IMG/VR virus record: IMGVR_UViG_3300045988_155968
Coordinates: 1-40,361 of that record
Strand: one strand, 5' to 3'
Source: a virus
Length of the DNA: 40,361 nt
In this document: piece after piece, positions 34,116 through 40,361 of the stretch
Layout of the letters: every line of letters begins with the position of its first letter
Numbering within the stretch: position 1 is the first letter of the stretch
Translations under genes and position numbers: made by a program
The notes under the pieces: generated by a model
The model's input: the letters and a program-made list of their open reading frames with translations, nothing else
Told to the model about the DNA's origin: nothing
The model's database searches: none

Positions 34116-34382
34116 TTTATTTTCTCCTTGCGTGTTGTTTTGGACATGGATTTCAATATACATTTTAATCCCACAAAATCAATAGGCAACAATAAATTAG
34201 TTTGTCTAGTATGCACGTGCATACATTTGTAATGCACTACCTATGCCATAACATAACATATCATAACATAGAGTATATCTATATTAAGCATTATATTCTA
34301 TAAAAACTCTCTCTATATAAAACCCTCTTCTCTAGAGGAGAGAGTGTGAGAGAGGGGATTTTAGATAGAGCTAGGGGAGAGT

Positions 34383-34409
34383 AAAAAAAATGGCCCTCCG
34401 TAGAGGGCC
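34383..34409 (-). terminator. Rho-independent terminator (GGCCCTC-CGTA-GAGGGCC plus a T8 run on the minus strand).
   Basis: Perfect 7-bp GC stem. The A8 run at 34383..34390 is read as U8 on the minus strand. Confidence 0.55.
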
Positions 34410-34438
34410 GGTCCGTCAACGAAATGACGGCGGTGCGT

Positions 34439-34734
34439 TCATTCTGTTTTTTCGTATATCTCCATAAACTTCTCCTCATCCCTGGTAAGCATGTAGCACC
34501 TAGAATCCCTCGACGACCACACGGGGCAGCGCCCGTCCTCGTCGCAGAACATAACCGCGCACTTGACACGGTGCCACATGGCGCTCGCGTCCTGGCGAAT
34601 GGTCGTCTTTTCCTTTTCTTCTTTTTTCTGATCCTTCGGGGAATCCGGGAGGACCGAACACGTGACGGCCACGGCCGCGTATATGGCGAGCAGCGCAGCG
34701 CTTCCCAGTAGAGCCTTCTTGTCGTCTTGGATCA
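34439..34734 (-). CDS. Putative secreted or lipoprotein, about 98 aa, Cys-rich. Superinfection-exclusion-like candidate.
   Basis: Start MIQDDKKALLGSAALLAIYAAVAVTC has a signal peptide with a Cys at the end of the h-region, plus 5 more Cys in the mature part. ATGA overlap with the upstream HTH gene. Confidence 0.4.
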
Positions 34735-34968
34735 TATTCCCAGGTCCTCCTTCTTGAAGCCGTAGAACTTCCGGTTCTTTACTATGAACACCCTGTAGGC
34801 CCGTATCTCGCCCGTCTGGATGCCCTTCCAAAGCGAACGCCTGGGGATGCCCAGCGCCAGCGCCGCAGTCGTCAGGTCAACCCACCCTGGCGGGAGCGGC
34901 ACGCGGAACCCCCTGGGGTTACCCATCGGATACCCCGTCATTTTCGTTTTCTTGCGCACTGGAGCCAT
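34732..34968 (-). CDS. HTH DNA-binding protein (Xis/AlpA-like).
   Basis: The HTH is LTTAALALGIPRRSLWKGIQTGEI. The start is ambiguous (M1 or M10). Confidence 0.45.
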   Translation of the reverse strand: MAPVRKKTKMTGYPMGNPRGFRVPLPPGWVDLTTAALALGIPRRSLWKGIQTGEIRAYRVFIVKNRKFYGFKKEDLGI

Positions 34969-35209
34969 TTTTAGGCCATCCCCCTATTCCCCTAGCCCTC
35001 ATCTCCTTCATGCGCTCAGAACGCTGCTTGCGGACTTCCTCGGGGATATCCCTCTTTATCTTCTTCCGGTTTTGCTCGACGAACCCCAGTACATCGACCA
35101 CCAGTGAATCCAGCACGGCGGCCGGGTCCTTGCCCGCCTCGACGTCGGTGCGGGCCTTCTCCGCTGAAAATTCGAGCCACGGGATAGAGTACGGTTTCAA
35201 GTATGGCAT
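34919..35209 (-). CDS. Hypothetical protein, 96 aa.
   Basis: ORF. Confidence 0.35.
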   Translation of the reverse strand: MPYLKPYSIPWLEFSAEKARTDVEAGKDPAAVLDSLVVDVLGFVEQNRKKIKRDIPEEVRKQRSERMKEMRARGIGGWPKNGSSAQENENDGVSDG

Positions 35210-35287
35210 TGTTATCTCCTTTCCACGATTACCACTCTTGTTTGTTAATTATGAATATAATTAAATTATTTGAAAAAGCAACGTTAA

Positions 35288-35788
35288 TTAAATTGCCATC
35301 CTGAGCTGCGACGCGTCGAACTTTCCGCAATTCCTTATCGCTTCGGCGCATTCGTAAGCCTGCGCGAACGTGAGGCGGTCGCCGGGGAGCATTTCACACA
35401 CCGCTTCCCATATTTCCGGGTGTACGTTGCTTTCGAGGTTATCCAGCTCTTCCGCCTTGTCCATGTACTCCGAAAATTCGTCTTCCTTCTTCTCTAGCTC
35501 TTCCTCCAGCGACTCACAGTGCTTTTCGAGGTCCTTGATTTTCTTCTCGTTCATTTCGTACGCCCTTTTCGTGGCGGTCTCCACCATGGCGTTAAATTCT
35601 TCTACCTGGTTGAAACTTAGCATGTAGTTTGACGTAATTTCGAGCAGCGAGGCCACGTCTTTCGCCGTGAAGCTTCCGCCGGTCATCCTCACCACTTCGG
35701 CCGCGTGACGGAGAGCGGAAAACAGAGATTTCGTTTCCCTCATTTCGTAGCTTATCGAGTGAGCTATTTTTTGTCCTTTTGTAAACAT
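35288..35788 (-). CDS. Hypothetical protein, 166 aa.
   Basis: ORF preceded by the conserved CAACACTAAAC leader element. Confidence 0.45.
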   Translation of the reverse strand: MFTKGQKIAHSISYEMRETKSLFSALRHAAEVVRMTGGSFTAKDVASLLEITSNYMLSFNQVEEFNAMVETATKRAYEMNEKKIKDLEKHCESLEEELEKKEDEFSEYMDKAEELDNLESNVHPEIWEAVCEMLPGDRLTFAQAYECAEAIRNCGKFDASQLRMAI

Positions 35789-35814
35789 GGTCTAGTCCTT
35801 GGGCCCGTGGCCCG

Positions 35815-35866
35815 GTTTAGTGTTGATTAACGGCATGCGGGGGCGCGAATCCCCGCGAGCGCTTTA
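35815..35866 (-). promoter_or_regulatory. Conserved intergenic element, copy 1: hairpin GCGGGG-N8-CCCCGC followed by AGCGCTTT on the + strand and by CAACACTAAAC (as read on the minus strand) 27 nt upstream of the ATG.
   Basis: Near-identical element at 37219..37282, and the 11-mer alone at 37947..37957. Confidence 0.45.
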
Positions 35867-36880
35867 GGCCGTGAAAACGTTGAGTTTGCCGAACTTCTCT
35901 CCGTCCCATGCGTCGAAGAGCGCCTTTGCGACTCTCATCCCGTTCGGGGTGTTCTGCCGCTGCCACGCGCCGAAGCGTGGACTCCAGCGGAAGCCGTTGG
36001 CCTTCAGCCTTCCGCGCGTCTCCTCTTCCGGCTTTCCGTCGAAAAAGAGCTGGACGCGTGCCGCCTCGTGGTTGTTTTCCATCCTCAAGCCTTCTTTTTC
36101 GCTAACGCCTAGTTTCAAGCCTTCGGCCTTTTCTTCTTCGACTATTGCGCGCGCCTTCTTGAGCTGTTCGAGGCGTGCGGACTTGTTTCTAATGTTCGCT
36201 GTTTCGTTAGAGATGCAAAAATAATCGCTTCTGTACATCGGACATCTTTTCAAAAATTCGTTTATTTTTGCTTTTGCTTTATCGCTCATGTTTTCGCACT
36301 GGTCCGCGTTGCCGTTCTTTCGAATTGACTTGTTCCAAGACAAATGCGCCGCGTGTTCTTCCTTCAAATATTCGATGTGCGCCTCCATCTTTTCGACGGC
36401 CAGCGGATCATCTGCCGCAATCGTCACGCCGTAACCTTGACGTCCTTTTCTCCAGAGTTCAATCTGCTTTGCGTTCGGCGTGGCCTTCATGAGCATGTCG
36501 ATAGTGTTTTTGATAAAGCGTTCTTTCTTGCCTTCAAATTCCTTGTACTTGTTTTCGGCGGCATCCAGGCGCTTTTGATAGCGGCGGTTGTTGAAGTTTG
36601 CAGGACCGGCAATAAACCACGGCGTATTAGACGCGTTGAAATTCGCCTGTGTTACATACTGTTCCTTTACGAGTGCGCGCCAGCTCTGCTCGCGTTCTTC
36701 AAGGATTTCTGCCTGTTCTTCGGTCCAGCTTCCGAGAATCTTGTAAAGCTTCTTGATTTCGTCGCAATTTGCGAAGTATGCGCTTTCGTTCTGCGCGTCT
36801 CTTTCGAGGCCTGAGCCGCGGTCAAAGAAGCTGTTGTTGTTGGCGCCTTCTATGAGGTTTTGGGGAATGATCGTTTCCAT
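35864..36880 (-). CDS. Hypothetical protein, 338 aa, with a conserved-looking C-terminal motif (FFDGKPEEETRGRLKANGFRWSPRFGAWQRQ).
   Basis: ORF with an RBS (AAAGGAGATAACACC-ATG). The family is not recognised with confidence. Confidence 0.5.
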   Translation of the reverse strand: METIIPQNLIEGANNNSFFDRGSGLERDAQNESAYFANCDEIKKLYKILGSWTEEQAEILEEREQSWRALVKEQYVTQANFNASNTPWFIAGPANFNNRRYQKRLDAAENKYKEFEGKKERFIKNTIDMLMKATPNAKQIELWRKGRQGYGVTIAADDPLAVEKMEAHIEYLKEEHAAHLSWNKSIRKNGNADQCENMSDKAKAKINEFLKRCPMYRSDYFCISNETANIRNKSARLEQLKKARAIVEEEKAEGLKLGVSEKEGLRMENNHEAARVQLFFDGKPEEETRGRLKANGFRWSPRFGAWQRQNTPNGMRVAKALFDAWDGEKFGKLNVFTA

Positions 36881-36884
36881 GGTG

Positions 36885-37202
36885 TTATCTCCTTTTGGTC
36901 GTGAGCGTTACAAATCCGTACTTTTCCTTTGCTTCTTTCTTCGGCATGATTTCCCACAATCTGGAATCGTAGCGCAAATAAAGACTTTTGCGCCCGTCAC
37001 GGAAAAGCCCGTCGAATTTGTTGCGTTTGTTGCTGTAGCGCACTGCGTCGCATACCCGGGGGAAAATCCGGCTTTCCTGGTCGTCGAATTCGTCAAGAAG
37101 GAACCTTTCGCACTCTTTTTTCGTTCCATCGAAAGCGATACAAGTTTCTTCCCTGTAGCGGCTTGCAATATAAGGGTCCGTGCATTGATATACTACTACC
37201 AT
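36885..37202 (-). CDS. Hypothetical protein, 105 aa.
   Basis: ORF preceded by conserved element copy 2. Confidence 0.4.
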   Translation of the reverse strand: MVVVYQCTDPYIASRYREETCIAFDGTKKECERFLLDEFDDQESRIFPRVCDAVRYSNKRNKFDGLFRDGRKSLYLRYDSRLWEIMPKKEAKEKYGFVTLTTKRR

Positions 37203-37218
37203 TTTTTTATCCTCGTTT

Positions 37219-37282
37219 TGTTAGTGTTGTTTAGTGTTGCTATGGGTCGCCGGGGTCGCGGATCCCCGGTAGCGCTTTCGAC
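37219..37282 (-). promoter_or_regulatory. Conserved intergenic element, copy 2 (hairpin GCCGGGG-N8-CCCCGGT plus AGCGCTTT, with CAACACTAAAC duplicated).
   Basis: See copy 1. The ATG at 37202 lies 27 nt downstream of the motif. Confidence 0.45.
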
Positions 37283-37301
37283 CTGTTTTTTTGTTGTTGG
37301 A

Positions 37302-37931
37302 TTATATTTCAAATATTTCCGGGTGCTCCCTGCGAATACTGTGAACTCCGGTTCTACTTATAATCACGTGATCCAGCACCGGTATTTGCAATATTTTCCC
37401 GGCGGCGGTCAAAACACGTGTTATGCTTATGTCTTCGGGGCTCGGGTTCGTACTTCCGCTCGGGTGGTTGTGGGCAAAAATAACACTTACGGCGTTATCC
37501 TTCACAGCTTCTCGGAACGCTTCGCGCGGGTGCGCCGGCGCTTGGTTGACTAGGCCGGTAGTAATGATGTGCTTGTTAATTATGTGGTTTTGGCTGTCCA
37601 GCGTGACGCATACTAGATGTTCTTGATCTTCGTACTTGAGACTTGCAAGAAGGCGTGCTATATATTCCGGCTCCGTCACGCTTTCGGCTTTTTCTCCGAC
37701 GATGTAGCGCGCGGACATTTCGCAACATGCAAGAACTTTACGGGCCATAGCGAGCCCAACGCCGCGTATTTTTGTAAGCTGTTCGACCGTCGGAATGGTT
37801 ACGGATTCAGAAAGAAGCTTTTCAACCTTGAACGCAATATCAACGTCACCAAGGATCAAGGCTAATAAATAGCTTGTGGATTTTTCGCGATAGCTTGTAA
37901 AAGCTTCGTTCTGGGTAAATGATACGTACAT
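37302..37931 (-). CDS. radC: RadC-like JAB/MPN-domain protein.
   Basis: JAMM motif HNHPSGSTNPSPED and the typical RadC length and architecture. Confidence 0.8.
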   Translation of the reverse strand: MYVSFTQNEAFTSYREKSTSYLLALILGDVDIAFKVEKLLSESVTIPTVEQLTKIRGVGLAMARKVLACCEMSARYIVGEKAESVTEPEYIARLLASLKYEDQEHLVCVTLDSQNHIINKHIITTGLVNQAPAHPREAFREAVKDNAVSVIFAHNHPSGSTNPSPEDISITRVLTAAGKILQIPVLDHVIISRTGVHSIRREHPEIFEI

Positions 37932-37959
37932 GGTTTTAACCTCGTGGTTTAGTGTTGTT

Positions 37960-38460
37960 GTTTCTTCTTTATGTATATAATATAAGTAATTTAATTAAGA
38001 TAGTCAATAGGTATTATATATTTTTAATTAAAATAATTAAGATTTTAGTAGATAAATTGTTAATAGATTGTTTATTTATTGAGAATTTTGTATTATTCAA
38101 TATATATATTTATTTATATATAGATATATAACTTATATGTACATACAAAATATATAAATCTATATTCATGATTATATCAATATATATTAGATTATATGTA
38201 ATAATATATATAAACTATATCATATAAACTATATAGATGTTATGTACAACGTTTATATAAATAGATATAAAAGATTGAATAAGTAAATAGTGTATTAACT
38301 GTTATATGTTTAAATTCTTTTACATCTACAATCACATTTATTTTATATATTTATGTCCGTCGAAAAAAAATCCTGTAGATATTTTCTAGGTCGTTAAATA
38401 CTTCTAAGTACCGGAAAAAAGTTACAGGAAGCAAAGAAAAAGATTCAAAATTTTTCTATC
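37960..38460. promoter_or_regulatory. About 500-bp extremely AT-rich, TATATA-repeat-rich non-coding region between the leftward early block and the rightward late block, a candidate origin or divergent promoter region.
   Basis: No ORFs and low complexity, with repeats such as ATATATAAACTATAT. Confidence 0.4.
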
Positions 38461-38565
38461 ACGCTTTTTCTTTCTCATGATCACGTGAGCATCGAAATAA
38501 ATTCCACACAAAAAGAAAATCCAACTTCGAAGCGTTGCCGATTATCCATATTATGTAAACTACAT

Positions 38566-38598
38566 GCCCAGTTGTGCACTTGCGCGGCTGGGCTTTTT
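38566..38598 (+). terminator. Hairpin GCCCAG-N16-CTGGGC plus T5 upstream of the terminase genes.
   Basis: Seen in the sequence. Confidence 0.45.
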
Positions 38599-38797
38599 CG
38601 TTTTCCGTCCGGATCAGTGAGCGAACCCCCCCCGGGGTGTATGGGGGTAGCATCCGAAACTGGGGCAGGGGGGCGGGGAAAAGACACTATATGCCCCCCG
38701 CCTTGCGAGTGTCCGATTCTTACGTAAATTTTTTGTTTACATACACCTATGGAGAGCCCTATTTCCATGGGGTGTATCCGTACTTTTAAGCCGTGGA

Positions 38798-38829
38798 GGG
38801 TCCAAGGGGGACCCGTTGAATTTTTTTTT
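38798..38829 (+). terminator. Hairpin GGGTCC-AAGG-GGGACCC plus T9 immediately upstream of the terS RBS, a candidate attenuator needing antitermination.
   Basis: GC stem then GTTGAATTTTTTTTT. The terS ATG lies 15 nt downstream. Confidence 0.5.
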
Positions 38830-38843
38830 CGGAGGAAAGATCC

Positions 38844-39308
38844 ATGGCTACGGAGAAGAAGGTATCGAGCGCGACCAGGCGTTACGTCCCTACGTCTGAG
38901 ATGGTGAAGTCGTGGCGTTCCGCGTGGGACGAGGTTGGCGGTTCGAACCCGTACTCCATGCGCATAGACAGGATTCTCAGGGGTTCCGGTTTCGGAATAC
39001 ACGACGTGAAGACGCGCATAGGCCTCGTGCGTTCGAAGAAGGACAGGGACAGGAACCAGGACGAGGCGGACCTGCTTTCTCTTGACGACGAGCTTCGTTT
39101 CATGAGCGAGCAGGGGCTTTTCGACAAGTGCACCGAGAGCACGAACGGGGCGATATTCCTCCTGGAGTCGAAGTTCGGCTACAGGAAGGGCCAGGACCTG
39201 AACCTCAACGTGGACCCGCAGCAGGTGAAGAAGGTTATCCGTTGGGGTGACGAGCAGGAAGAGGCGCCGAAACTTGAGGAAGTCCCGAAGCAGGCTGCGG
39301 AGGGATAG
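38844..39308 (+). CDS. Putative terminase small subunit, 154 aa.
   Basis: It has an RBS (GGAGGAAAGATCC-ATG) and sits immediately upstream of terL with a 3-nt gap. Assignment is by position only. Confidence 0.45.
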   Translation: MATEKKVSSATRRYVPTSEMVKSWRSAWDEVGGSNPYSMRIDRILRGSGFGIHDVKTRIGLVRSKKDRDRNQDEADLLSLDDELRFMSEQGLFDKCTESTNGAIFLLESKFGYRKGQDLNLNVDPQQVKKVIRWGDEQEEAPKLEEVPKQAAEG

Positions 39309-39311
39309 CTC

Positions 39312-40361
39312 TTGGGCGAGGTGGTCGAGGTTGTCCAGTTCACGAGCCCGAAGTTCAAGGTGCTGTACCCCGAGTACTCGAAGGGTAAGAAGTACCTCGT
39401 GTTCAAGGGCGGCCGCGCGAGCACTAAGAGCTGGAGCATAGCGAAGGCGCTCATAGACCATGCGTGCACCTACGAGGGATTGCGTGTCGTCTGCGGGCGC
39501 GAGATCATGAAGTCGATACAGGAGTCGAACAAGAAGCTCCTGGAGGACACGATAACGAGGGCCGGCAAGTGGGGCGATTTCAAGACCACCGCGAGCTACA
39601 TCGAGAACACGCGTACGGGTGCGCGTTTCACGTTCATGGGCATGAGGGACAACCCGAACAGCGTGAAGGGCCTAGAAGGCGTTGACATCTTCTGGGGCGA
39701 CGAGGCGGACAGTTTCAGCCAGGAATCCCTAGACCTCCTGTGCCCCACTATGCGTAAGCGCGGGTGCAAGGTGATTTTCAGCTACAACCCGCAGCTCCCG
39801 ACTACTCCGGTGGAGAAGTTGCAGCAGGACAGGGCGTCGCAGTGCGTGACGGTGTTCATCAACTACCTGGAGGTCCTCAAGTACCTCTCGCCGGAAGTGA
39901 TTTCCGAGGCGGAGGAGTGCAGGGAGAAGGAGCCGGAGAAGTACCGCTGGATATGGCTCGGCGAGTACAGGATGCAGTCGCAGGCCACGTTCATCCCGCT
40001 CCGTTTCGTTTCCGAGGGCTACAGGAAGCCGCCGGTAAGGACGAACGAGGGTGTCGTCGCCGGTCTCGACATCGGCCTTTTCCACGACAGGTGCGTGATG
40101 GTCGTTAGGCAGGGGCTGAACCTGCTGTTCGGCAAGGAATGGAAGATGGTTGAGAACAAGCTCCTCACCTCGCAGGTGGTGGGTCTTGTCGCGAAGTGGG
40201 GCGTGCAGCGCCTCGGCATAGACGCAGTGGGGCAGGGCTACCCCGTGTACCAGGACCTGAGGGCGGAGCTCGGCGAGGTGGCGGTGCCGCTGAACACGGG
40301 CGTGGAGGCGAGGAACCGGAAGAAGTACGTGCGCCTCAGGGACGAGATGTGGGGAATGGAG
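39312..40361 (+). CDS. terL: Terminase large subunit, N-terminal part, with a TTG start and GGAGGG RBS. It continues at 1..419 across the circular junction.
   Basis: Walker A-like VFKGGRASTKSWSIAKA and a Walker B/DEAD-like IFWGDEAD. The ORF is open to the window end and in frame with 3..419 because 40243..40361 equals 1..119. Confidence 0.85.
   Translation, partial: MGEVVEVVQFTSPKFKVLYPEYSKGKKYLVFKGGRASTKSWSIAKALIDHACTYEGLRVVCGREIMKSIQESNKKLLEDTITRAGKWGDFKTTASYIENTRTGARFTFMGMRDNPNSVKGLEGVDIFWGDEADSFSQESLDLLCPTMRKRGCKVIFSYNPQLPTTPVEKLQQDRASQCVTVFINYLEVLKYLSPEVISEAEECREKEPEKYRWIWLGEYRMQSQATFIPLRFVSEGYRKPPVRTNEGVVAGLDIGLFHDRCVMVVRQGLNLLFGKEWKMVENKLLTSQVVGLVAKWGVQRLGIDAVGQGYPVYQDLRAELGEVAVPLNTGVEARNRKKYVRLRDEMWGME
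40243..40361. repeat. 119-bp terminal duplication identical to 1..119 (circular contig closure).
   Basis: Exact identity of the window start and end. Confidence 0.95.

Noticed and set aside
38481-39461. 326-aa minus-strand ORF overlapping terS and the start of terL.
   Set aside because: It is antisense to well-supported + strand genes with RBSs. Its R/L/H-rich composition is typical of a shadow frame.

Overview
This window looks like a complete circular temperate phage genome of about 40,242 bp; its first 119 bp are repeated exactly at positions 40243..40361, so the contig closes on itself. Gene order matches a P22-like podovirus. The late genes are all on the + strand: small terminase (38844..39308), large terminase (39312..40361, wrapping to 1..419), portal (416..2587), scaffold (2784..3695) and P22-type coat (3720..5006). 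These are followed by about eight virion and ejection-protein genes and then four tail spike or fiber genes (14010..21425). One tail gene carries a C-terminal alpha/beta-hydrolase esterase domain. Another ends in a Fibrobacter-succinogenes-major-paralogous-type (TIGR02145) domain. The lysogeny and att region holds a RusA resolvase, an apparent tRNA-Met flanked by 21-bp direct repeats, and a tyrosine integrase (22712..23743). From 24036 to 37931 a long leftward (- strand) early region encodes many small genes joined by ATGA overlaps. It includes a pentapeptide-repeat protein built from about 22 near-identical 15-bp DNA repeats, a Gly/Ser/Tyr low-complexity protein, tRNA-Ser(GCU), a tRNA-like remnant and a recombination module (SSB-like, Sak4-like ATPase, Cas4/RecB-family nuclease). 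It also holds a CI-like (+ strand) and Cro-like (RHH) genetic switch, several other HTH proteins, a putative lipoprotein and RadC. A 500-bp extremely AT-rich region separates the early and late blocks. Several multi-copy non-coding motifs stand out (GTACTATTAAG x4, TGTTTACA palindromes, CAACACTAAAC plus hairpin x3). Most functional calls rest on motif-level recognition from the translated ORFs and on synteny, not on database searches.
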